A program made the position numbers and the translations under genes. Below, one piece after another: positions 41,553 to 49,204 of a stretch of 64,000 nt of DNA. The DNA lies in assembly GCA_028718605.1 (NCBI GenBank), contig JAQULM010000002.1, positions 257,776 to 321,775 of the forward strand. Reading direction: 5' to 3'. Origin of the DNA: Patescibacteria group bacterium. Its GTDB lineage: Bacteria > Patescibacteriota > Patescibacteriia > UBA10025 > JAHIVO01. The notes below the pieces were generated by a model. It saw only the letters and a list, made by a program, of their open reading frames with translations, was not told the origin of the DNA and did not search any database. Positions within the stretch are counted from its first letter, which is position 1; the number at the start of each line of letters is the position of its first letter.

Positions 41553-41692
41553 ACAGCGTTGCTATATAGTTTGTGAGCAAACGGATTTGGGCAGCATCCG
41601 ATCATTTTCCCATCGTCAACCTCTTCGGTCTGCCGTGATTGCTCGCCAGCAATTAGCATCGGCGCTGTAAAACTGCCCATTGATTGTTAACG

Positions 41693-42481
41693 CTAACGCA
41701 ATAGCTTCAGAACTTGTGTATGCAGCTGTTTATTTGCCGCTACAATACGATGCACTTTTGTATCAAATGGGTTGATCTCCTTGCCACCAAGATCTGTCAC
41801 TGTACCCCCTGCTTCAGCCACAATCAAAGATGCAGCGGCCATATTTATACCAGTAGTATCCGCCGTCCAAACATCAATTGATCCGTCTGCAATTCTCGTA
41901 AGGACCCATGGTGCTGAGCCGAGGATCCTGACCTTCCGAACCACGGGCGCTAATTTTTGTAAAATATGCAATCCGCGGGGAATATATTTCTTCCTGGTAT
42001 CTTGTACATGCCACGAGTACCATCCTGTGCAAACCACTGCTTGGGACAGCATTCCATTTGCAGAAACATGGATGCGCTTATGGTTTAAGACCGATCCCTT
42101 CCCACGCTCTGCAACATACACATCGCCAAGAATATGGTTCGCAACCACTCCCAGAACAACACGGCTGTCCTTAATGAGCGCGATAGAAGTGCAAAAACAG
42201 GGGATATTATGAAGAGAATTAATCATGCCATCGATCGGATCAATCAGCCAAACATAGCGCGCCCGCTTCTCGCTCTTCCAGTAGACGTCTGAAAAAATCC
42301 CGTGGGAAGGAAATGCCTTCTGGATCCGGCGAATCAACATACGTTCAACCATTACATCAATACTGGTAGTTTCATGCCTGGGAAGTTCAAATTTCGTCGT
42401 TGCTTTGATGTGGCGTAAATGCTTTTGCAACATCTGCACTGCTGACCGCGCCGCATACACGGCGACTTGTCGTGGAGTCAT
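41693..42481 (-). CDS. suhB: Inositol monophosphatase family protein.
   Basis: WLIDPIDGMINSLHNIP (DPIDGT motif) and WTADTTG..AAASLIVAEAGG C-terminal motif. Confidence 0.75.
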   Translation of the reverse strand: MTPRQVAVYAARSAVQMLQKHLRHIKATTKFELPRHETTSIDVMVERMLIRRIQKAFPSHGIFSDVYWKSEKRARYVWLIDPIDGMINSLHNIPCFCTSIALIKDSRVVLGVVANHILGDVYVAERGKGSVLNHKRIHVSANGMLSQAVVCTGWYSWHVQDTRKKYIPRGLHILQKLAPVVRKVRILGSAPWVLTRIADGSIDVWTADTTGINMAAASLIVAEAGGTVTDLGGKEINPFDTKVHRIVAANKQLHTQVLKLLR

Positions 42482-42622
42482 GGGGGAGGTTTTTGATTTA
42501 CTTGCTCTCGTGTATCTTTAATATATAGTATACCCCGCACAAAGAGCAATGTCACGAAAACTCGCGGTGTTTGAGCAATGAATACCGTAATGGTACACTG
42601 TACATACGAGCAATAGAAACAT

Positions 42623-43882
42623 ATGCCCCACTACATCGCCGATCTCCACTTCCATTCCAAATATTCCCGCGCCGTGTCGCGAGATATGGATCTCGAACAT
42701 ATCGCCCAGTGGGCGCGCACGAAAGGCATTGATGTTGCCACCACCGCTGACTTCACGCACCCAGTGTGGTATGCGGAGTTACAGAAGAAACTACAACGGG
42801 AGGATGACGGGCTGTACTCATTGAAAAACAATGGGCATGCTACACGCTTCATGCTGACAACGGAAATCAGCTGCATTTATTCAAAAAGCGGCAAAACACG
42901 CCGCGTGCACCATGTCATCATCATGCCTGACCTCGAAGCCGTAAAAAAAATCAACGGCCGCCTCAACCTTATCGGCAACCTGAAGTCGGACGGCAGGCCA
43001 ATCCTCGGCCTTGATTCCAAAGAACTGCTCAAGATTGTTCTCGATACGTCACCGGACGCAATGCTCATTCCTGCTCATATCTGGACGCCATGGTTCTCCA
43101 TGTTCGGATCAATGTCGGGATTCGATACTGTCGAGGAATGTTTCGAAGACCTGTCCCCGCACATTCATGCGGTTGAGACCGGCCTCTCGTCCGACCCAGC
43201 TATGAACTGGCGCCTGTCCCAGCTCGACCGGATGCAAATTGTTTCATTTTCCGACGCCCATTCGCCTCAAAATTTAGGGCGCGAAGCAACCGTCTTCGAG
43301 CTGCCTCAGCTTTCCTACGGAAATCTTACCAATGCACTCAAAGGCAAAAAAACTACAAGCAGCATAGCGCATACAATAGAATTTTACCCCGAAGAAGGCA
43401 GGTACCATTGGGACGGACACCGCAACTGCGCGGTACGGCTCGCGCCCGCCGAAACGAAAAAACTGAAAGGCATCTGCCCGAAATGCAAGAAGCGCATGAC
43501 GGTCGGCGTGCTGTACCGAGCAAACCTGCTCGCTGACCGGCCTGACGGGTACAAACCAGCGAACCGGCCGCCGTACCGCAGCCTGGTGCCCTTACGTGAA
43601 ATCATCGGCGAGGCATTGAACGTCGGCCCGGCTTCGAAAAAAGTCCAGGCCGAATACGAATCGCTCATACAGGTTGGGAAAAACGAACTTAATATCCTGC
43701 TCAATGTCCCGACGGAAGAGCTGGCAGCGATGACGCTTCCGAAAATCGCCGAGGGTATCGAACGCGTGCGTGCGGGTAAACTGACGATCAGCCCCGGCTA
43801 CGACGGCGAGTACGGCACCGTGCACGTATTCAGCGAAGCGGAACGCGCTGCGCCGGCAATGCGCCAATCAACCTTATTTTAA
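42623..43882 (+). CDS. PHP-domain protein with an internal CxxC zinc-ribbon, resembling the endonuclease Q/TIGR00375 family.
   Basis: N-terminal IADLHFHSKYSRAVS PHP-type motif. GICPKCKKRM zinc-binding motif. 419 aa. Family assignment is from memory and needs an alignment. Confidence 0.45.
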   Translation: MPHYIADLHFHSKYSRAVSRDMDLEHIAQWARTKGIDVATTADFTHPVWYAELQKKLQREDDGLYSLKNNGHATRFMLTTEISCIYSKSGKTRRVHHVIIMPDLEAVKKINGRLNLIGNLKSDGRPILGLDSKELLKIVLDTSPDAMLIPAHIWTPWFSMFGSMSGFDTVEECFEDLSPHIHAVETGLSSDPAMNWRLSQLDRMQIVSFSDAHSPQNLGREATVFELPQLSYGNLTNALKGKKTTSSIAHTIEFYPEEGRYHWDGHRNCAVRLAPAETKKLKGICPKCKKRMTVGVLYRANLLADRPDGYKPANRPPYRSLVPLREIIGEALNVGPASKKVQAEYESLIQVGKNELNILLNVPTEELAAMTLPKIAEGIERVRAGKLTISPGYDGEYGTVHVFSEAERAAPAMRQSTLF

Positions 43883-43889
43883 AGAAACC

Positions 43890-44429
43890 ATGCTGACCTC
43901 AGCCATTCTCCTCTTGATCGTAGCGGTCGCGCTCTGCGTACTCGCAGGAAGCATTTTTATAATTTTCCTGTATACCCGCGTCCCGTTTGTCAGGACGCCA
44001 TGGCCCGTTATCGAACTCGTCATCAAAGAAGCTGGCATCCAGCAAACCGACACGATGTACGACCTCGGCTGCGGAAACGCGCGCGTCCTCCTCGAAATAG
44101 AAAAGCGGATCGGCGCGAAAACCGTCGGCTACGAGCTGTCGCCGTGGGCGTACATGCTCGCGCGGCTGAACATCATGCTTCATCGGGCGAAAACGGAGAT
44201 ACGGTATAAAAATTTTTACCACGAAGACCTCTCGGATGCGAACGTCGTCTTCTGCTTTCTCCTGAGCACGGTCATGCCAAAAATTGCCGCTCAGCTTGAA
44301 CAACAGTTGAAGCCCGGGAGCCGCGTTATTTCATTCGCATTCCCGATACACAGCTGGAAACCAGCGAAGGTCCTGAACCCCTTCCCAGAAAAAGAAAAAG
44401 CGAGTAAAATCTATATCTACCAACGATAA
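43890..44429 (+). CDS. Class I SAM-dependent methyltransferase with an N-terminal TM anchor.
   Basis: MYDLGCGNARVLLEI motif I. N-terminal hydrophobic segment. Confidence 0.6.
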   Translation: MLTSAILLLIVAVALCVLAGSIFIIFLYTRVPFVRTPWPVIELVIKEAGIQQTDTMYDLGCGNARVLLEIEKRIGAKTVGYELSPWAYMLARLNIMLHRAKTEIRYKNFYHEDLSDANVVFCFLLSTVMPKIAAQLEQQLKPGSRVISFAFPIHSWKPAKVLNPFPEKEKASKIYIYQR

Positions 44430-44438
44430 TATTGCTCT

Positions 44439-44522
44439 GGAGAGGTGCCTGAGTGGTTGAAAGGGGTGGTCTCGGCCCGTCATTCGACGGGCCGCCCTGT
44501 CGGATGACAGGGCGAAAACCGT
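44439..44522 (+). pseudogene. Truncated tRNA-Ser-like 5' fragment (acceptor 5' strand, D-arm, anticodon arm) with a 40-nt double-hairpin insertion in the anticodon loop. It has no variable arm, T-arm or 3' acceptor.
   Basis: GGAGAGGTGCCTGAGTGGTTGAAAGGGGTGGTCTCG parallels the intact tRNA-Ser at 44806. The insertion GCCCGTCATTCGACGGGC + GCCCTGTCGGATGACAGGGC separates CTCG from AAAACCGT. It runs straight into the GIY-YIG ORF. Confidence 0.45.
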
Positions 44523-44531
44523 TACTCAACT

Positions 44532-44795
44532 ATGAACAATTACGTTTACATCCTATTATTATCAAACAAACAGTTATATACCGGATTTACAAATAATCTG
44601 AACCAAAGGCTTCGGCAGCATAAGGACGGTAAAGTTCAGTCAACAAAACACCAGCGGCCAGTCAAGCTTATCCACTACGAAGTTTACTTGCAGGAATCAG
44701 ACGCTCGGCGGCGTGAAAAATATCTCAAGACTACAGAAGGTAAAAGGTTCCTCAAACAACAAATCCGCGATCTGTTACTTGAAATGCAAAAGTAG
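44532..44795 (+). CDS. GIY-YIG nuclease-domain protein (87 aa), candidate homing-type endonuclease.
   Basis: YVYILLLSNKQLYTGFTNNLNQRLRQH matches the GIY-YIG motif (Y-x-Y..Y-x-G.T.N...R...H). Sits between a tRNA fragment and an intact tRNA. Confidence 0.7.
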   Translation: MNNYVYILLLSNKQLYTGFTNNLNQRLRQHKDGKVQSTKHQRPVKLIHYEVYLQESDARRREKYLKTTEGKRFLKQQIRDLLLEMQK

Positions 44796-44805
44796 CCCCC
44801 TGAAC

Positions 44806-44892
44806 GGAGGCGTGCGAGAGTGGTTGAATCGGACGGTCTCGAAAACCGTTATACCTGCAAAGGTATCGGAGGTTCGAATCCTCCCGCCTCCG
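44806..44892 (+). tRNA. tRNA-Ser, anticodon CGA.
   Basis: Acceptor GGAGGCG/CGCCTCC. D-arm CGAGAGTGGTTGAATCG. Anticodon stem ACGGT/ACCGT with loop CTCGAAA. Long variable arm TATACCTGCAAAGGTATC. T-arm GGAGGTTCGAATCCTCC. Discriminator G. The acceptor stem is extended by a 7-bp inverted repeat (CCTGAAC...GTTCAGG). Confidence 0.85.
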
Positions 44893-44914
44893 TTCAGGGG
44901 AGTAACTGAATCCC

Positions 44915-44934
44915 TGCCCTATCGAATGATAGGG
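44915..44934 (+). repeat. Member of a short GC-rich hairpin repeat family (GCCCTATCGAATGATAGGGC).
   Basis: Related copies at 44474-44493, 44494-44513, 45189-45208 and 51832-51859. All share a CCC(T)GTC-GRAT-GAC(A)GGG-like stem-loop. Confidence 0.45.
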
Positions 44935-45104
44935 CCACCCTCTCCGTTGAGAATCTTGAGATCAAGTATTTTCTCGAATGGCGAAATCCTCCGCCCTCAT
45001 GGCGGAGGGCTCCCGCCTCCGCTCTGAGGAATCCCACCCCTTCCGGTTTGGGGGCTCGCAACGCCATACGGCATCGCGTGGGGTTTATCCCGGGGCGAAA
45101 AGCG

Positions 45105-45137
45105 GTAAGGCTGCAAGGCCTTCGCGAGTTCAAATCT
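45105..45137 (+). other. tRNA-like 3' fragment: T-arm plus 3' acceptor strand, with no matching 5' half.
   Basis: GCGAG-TTCAAAT-CTCGC followed by CCCTTCC-G. No GGAAGGG 5' partner within 100 nt on either strand. Confidence 0.3.
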
Positions 45138-45257
45138 CGCCCCTTCCGCTTTGGGGAATATGGTACGTTATGTAATAAATTGAAGCTTCCCCCTGTCGAA
45201 TGACGGGCCTCGCCACTCAGACCACAACATATTACTATAGTCTTTAACTGGAAAACT

Positions 45258-45707
45258 ATGTCAAAAAAAATACTCACGGTCACCGCGTGTTTAGTTTTAG
45301 CGTTTGTTGTAAGCGCCTGCAGTAAAACTACCGACACAAACACTGCCAATAACGGCAAAGCGGCCAATACGAATACAACCGCGAGTGCCATAAACCAGAA
45401 TTCATCGGGAAGTGTACCGAGCGATACCGTCGTGTCGTGTGCTAACGTAATCACCATTGGTGATATTGTCGTGGAAGATGATCCCATAGGAGAGCCAGAA
45501 GCGTGGGTACGAATCGATTACACCTCGACCGCCACCCAAAAACTTTATTGCGAGTACACACTCACTTTCTATAACGGCCAGGATGCGGTTGTCCGGACAA
45601 TCCCGATTGTTAAGAGTACCTTTGAGTACCCGAGCGGCCAGATCCACAATGGCTACCCCAATACCCCTTTTCAGTCAGGCATGACCGCGCGGATCACCAT
45701 CAAGTAA
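45258..45707 (+). CDS. Lipoprotein, hypothetical.
   Basis: Signal peptide plus lipobox (LAFVVSAC). Asn/Thr-rich linker. Confidence 0.45.
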   Translation: MSKKILTVTACLVLAFVVSACSKTTDTNTANNGKAANTNTTASAINQNSSGSVPSDTVVSCANVITIGDIVVEDDPIGEPEAWVRIDYTSTATQKLYCEYTLTFYNGQDAVVRTIPIVKSTFEYPSGQIHNGYPNTPFQSGMTARITIK

Positions 45708-45959
45708 GCAGAGGGCAACAAATTTTATTTCAAGATCCTACCTTCTCCGATTTCCCGCCTGCCTCTCAGGACACCTTCTACAGAAATTGTGTTTTACAAA
45801 AAGGCATAAAGCCGTAATTTTCTTGCGACCCACATGCCCCAAATTCGCCCTTAGAAAAATAACCGAAAAAACCCCATAATACGTATAGGTTCCGGGTACT
45901 TAACCCGAGTGGCCCGCCAGACAGGATTTTGCAAGCGAAAAGAAATTTTTAATCAATTT

Positions 45960-46727
45960 ATGAATGGAGGCCTTGTACCAGAAAATTATAATTCTCAGAA
46001 TCTCGTTTCTATATGGCGAGAATTTATTGATTGGGAAAAACGTAGAACCGGTGAAGATAATTTTCTGGTAAATCAATTTCATACTCATAACGTTAAAAAG
46101 ATTTTTGACGCTTCTTTTGGTGATGGTTGTGATTCAATATATTTACTTAAGCAAGGATTTGATGTAACGAGCAATGAAATTGATAAAGTTTTTCTCGATA
46201 AGGCGTTAGAAAACGCTAAAGTCGAGAATGTAGATCTGAAAATAACCTCTCTTGATTGGCGAAAATTAGATACTAAAATTCCGGCAGAAAGTTTTGACGC
46301 GGTTATCTTGCTTGGTAATTCCTTAACATATCTTTTTAATGAAAAAGGCCAGTTAGAAAGCTTGCGCCAATTTAAACGAATTTTACGAAATGGCGGCGTG
46401 CTCATAATTGATGAGAGGAATTATCAATACATTCTCGACAATCGAGAAAAAATTTTGCGAGGAGATTTTCAATACAGCGGCAAGTATGTTTACTGTGGCG
46501 ACAAGGTTCACGGCAAGCCGGTGGAAATTTCTGATAGTCGTGTGAAAATGGAATACACCGATGAACGGACGGGGAAGAAAGGCCATCTCGTCTTGTATCC
46601 ATTTAAACGCGGAGAAGTAAAAAATCTCCTTGCGAAAATCGGATTTGCATCTATCGAGCAGTTGAGTGATTATAAGGTTGGTGAAAATCATAATGCTGAT
46701 TTTTATCAATATGTTTGTGTTAAATAA
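45960..46727 (+). CDS. Class I SAM-dependent methyltransferase in a low-GC segment.
   Basis: FDASFGDGCDSIYLLKQGFDV (motif I) and AVILLGNSLTYL (motif II-like). Strongly AT-rich codon usage against the window background. The track start (GTG 45909) is less likely than the ATG at 45960. Confidence 0.5.
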   Translation: MNGGLVPENYNSQNLVSIWREFIDWEKRRTGEDNFLVNQFHTHNVKKIFDASFGDGCDSIYLLKQGFDVTSNEIDKVFLDKALENAKVENVDLKITSLDWRKLDTKIPAESFDAVILLGNSLTYLFNEKGQLESLRQFKRILRNGGVLIIDERNYQYILDNREKILRGDFQYSGKYVYCGDKVHGKPVEISDSRVKMEYTDERTGKKGHLVLYPFKRGEVKNLLAKIGFASIEQLSDYKVGENHNADFYQYVCVK

Positions 46728-46879
46728 TTCGGAAAGAATTTGCCGCCAAAGAAAAACTTAAAATTGTCAATTTTCGCGGCGAGGAAATTCAGTTCGAGCT
46801 ATTTTAAGAATACTCCGCGCTGGGACGGTAAGAATCTTGAGGCCGCCAAGAGCCCGGATGAATCATTAAAAAACTCCTG

Positions 46880-47221
46880 ATGGCAACCAAACAATCAACC
46901 GTAGATTATATCTTGGATCAACTGGCGTCGCTCGGCAACGTTTCAGCGCGGAAAATGTTTGGCGAATACGCGCTGTACTGTGATGGCAAGGTGGTTGGTT
47001 TAGTGTGCGACGATACCTTGTATATCAAAATCACAGAGCACGGAAAAAAATTTGCCAGGAAGCATTATCGCGAAGGGCATGCGTACCAAGGCGCAAAAAC
47101 ATCCATGGTGATCGATGACGGCCAAATCGAGGATCGGGAATGGCTCTGTGAATTAGTCCGGATTACCGCCGAACATATGCCACTTCCGAGGAAGAAGGGC
47201 AGAAAAAAACTCCAGAAGTAG
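46880..47221 (+). CDS. TfoX/Sxy N-terminal domain protein.
   Basis: MFGEYALYCDGKVVGLVCDDTLYIK matches the TfoX_N pattern. 113 aa, N-domain only. Confidence 0.5.
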   Translation: MATKQSTVDYILDQLASLGNVSARKMFGEYALYCDGKVVGLVCDDTLYIKITEHGKKFARKHYREGHAYQGAKTSMVIDDGQIEDREWLCELVRITAEHMPLPRKKGRKKLQK

Positions 47222-47356
47222 CCATCATCCTATCATTCAAATCCGCATTTCTCATGACGCCGGCGCTTGCCCAAAGCGCTTCATTCGGCTATATTACCAG
47301 TATATCCGAGCGTTCTTCCATTGGTATATAAGCGAAAATTTTTTAGAAAAACGCGC

Positions 47357-48691
47357 ATGATCAATACTGAAGAGATACGAAAATATTTTCCGGCAATACA
47401 GAAAGGAAGGCTCGTATCCAACAACGCAGCGAGCACGCAAGTTCCCGTCCAACTACTGGACCTGATGAAAGAGCTCGTCGTCCAGTACGACAATGTCCAC
47501 CGGGGCCAGTCCCAGTCTTCCATGCTTACCACTGAACGGTTCGAGGCTGCCTACGATACCATCGCACAGTTCATCGGCGCCCCGTCCAGAAAAAACATCA
47601 TTCTCTACCGGAACACCACGGAAGCGATCAACTCGGTCGCTTATTCTTTGATGACTGAATTCAGGAACGGCGACAACGTGGTGACGACCTTCATGGAGCA
47701 CAATTCAAATTACGTTCCGTGGTACGGGCTGAGCAAGGAGATATTGTCGACATTCGGCGTCAACATTGAATACCGAATCGCGCGGTTCGACAAGGAAACG
47801 GGGCAGCTTGATCTGGAGCATTTCAAATCTCTTGTTGATGAAAAGACAAAACTGGTTTGCTGCAGCGGTGCGTCAAATTTTCTGGGGACGAAAAATCCCA
47901 TCAAGAAATTACGGGAAATCGCCGATACGAGCGGATACGTCCAGCCCAGCGGCGAGAAAAAATCATACTTGCTTATCGACGGCGCACAGGTCGTCCCCAA
48001 CATGTTCGTTGACGTAGAAGAACTGGGGATGGATTTTCTCGCGTGGTCGTTCCATAAAATCACAGCGCCGTTCGGCGTGGGCGCCCTGTATGCCCGGGAA
48101 GAATTGCTGGAACGTATGCGGCCGTTTCTGTACGGCGGGGATATGATTGCCGAGGGCAAGGTCAGCCCGGAAAAAGTCGAGTACAACGCACTCCCGTGGA
48201 AATTTACAGCCGGCACCCCGAATATCCTTGGGACGATTCTTTCTGCGCAAGCATTGCGGCTGCTCATGGATTTCGCCTTGAACCCAGGAGAGTACCGGTA
48301 TTTCAACACTGACAAAAAACTGGAATCCTCCGACGTTAAAAAGGCCATGGATGCTGTCGAGGACCACGAAAAGGCTATCATCGGAGAGGCATTAAAGATT
48401 CTGGGCGGAATACCATCAGTAACTCTCTTCGGCCCAAAGAATCCGCATGACAGGACGTCTCTCGTATCGTTTGACTGCAAAGGCGTGAGCCCGTTTGAAA
48501 TCGCGGAAGAGCTGAGCAAGCGGGGCGTCGAAGCCAGGGCCGGCTGCCACTGCGCGACACTGGCGCACTACTATTACGAATTGAACCCACCAGCGAGCTG
48601 CCGGTTAAGCTTCTATATTTATAATAACATTGATGACGTCAGAAAAGCGTGCCTCGCGGTAAAAGAAATCGTCGAAGCGAAGATCTCATAA
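47357..48691 (+). CDS. Cysteine desulfurase/class V aminotransferase (SufS/CsdA-like).
   Basis: PLP-lysine region SFHKITAPFGVG and active-site Cys loop RAGCHCA. Confidence 0.75.
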   Translation: MINTEEIRKYFPAIQKGRLVSNNAASTQVPVQLLDLMKELVVQYDNVHRGQSQSSMLTTERFEAAYDTIAQFIGAPSRKNIILYRNTTEAINSVAYSLMTEFRNGDNVVTTFMEHNSNYVPWYGLSKEILSTFGVNIEYRIARFDKETGQLDLEHFKSLVDEKTKLVCCSGASNFLGTKNPIKKLREIADTSGYVQPSGEKKSYLLIDGAQVVPNMFVDVEELGMDFLAWSFHKITAPFGVGALYAREELLERMRPFLYGGDMIAEGKVSPEKVEYNALPWKFTAGTPNILGTILSAQALRLLMDFALNPGEYRYFNTDKKLESSDVKKAMDAVEDHEKAIIGEALKILGGIPSVTLFGPKNPHDRTSLVSFDCKGVSPFEIAEELSKRGVEARAGCHCATLAHYYYELNPPASCRLSFYIYNNIDDVRKACLAVKEIVEAKIS

Positions 48692-48726
48692 CACATTATT
48701 AATCTCAAAATTTAATTCACCGCCCT

Positions 48727-49194
48727 ATGAAACAGTGCCAAATCTACGACGGTTCCCTGAAATTCTCCAGAGCAGTCTACGGAGCCCTGACGCTCCTCGC
48801 CTTCTTTATCCGCAGCGAATGGCTGGTCTTCGCAGTCGCTGTCCTGATAATCCTCGGCGCTTTTTCCTTGAAACTCAATTTCCTCTACCAATTCCACGCT
48901 GTTGTGCTGAAGAAAATGACGAAGAAACAAACAGTGCCGGTCCAAAAAGAAGCCGCAGAATTGAATTTTGTCGCCGCAATGACGGGGGCGCTCCTGCTCT
49001 TCGGCTTTCTCTTGCTCTACTTCAATACGTGGGTTAACTTCGCCTGGATATTCATTCTCCTGGTGTCATTGCTGATATTTCTGGCATGCTTTGTCGGATT
49101 CTGCGTGGCAACCTTGATGTATGTTTTGATAAAGAAGCTGTTCAAAAAAGAAAATCAAGGAACCACCGGCACTGACAGCGAGCAGGGCAAATAA
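48727..49194 (+). CDS. Membrane protein, 4 TM, hypothetical.
   Basis: Four hydrophobic helices. No known motif. Confidence 0.4.
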   Translation: MKQCQIYDGSLKFSRAVYGALTLLAFFIRSEWLVFAVAVLIILGAFSLKLNFLYQFHAVVLKKMTKKQTVPVQKEAAELNFVAAMTGALLLFGFLLLYFNTWVNFAWIFILLVSLLIFLACFVGFCVATLMYVLIKKLFKKENQGTTGTDSEQGK

Positions 49195-49204
49195 ATTTGA
49201 TGGA

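Noticed and set aside
44436-44530. Interpretation of 44439-44530 as a complete second tRNA-Ser gene.
   Set aside because: There is no variable arm, T-arm or 3' acceptor strand after the anticodon stem, and the anticodon loop is split by a 40-nt double hairpin. It is treated as a pseudogene fragment.
44947-45257. tmRNA (ssrA) in the non-coding region downstream of tRNA-Ser.
   Set aside because: A T-arm/acceptor-like 3' end exists, but I could find no complementary 5' acceptor (standard or permuted), no tag-peptide reading frame ending in a hydrophobic tripeptide plus stop, and no convincing pseudoknot series.
44894-45487. 197-aa minus-strand ORF spanning the tRNA-like region and the start of the lipoprotein gene.
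   Set aside because: It overlaps a well-supported signal-peptide lipoprotein gene on the other strand and crosses tRNA-like/hairpin repeats. No SD, and odd composition.
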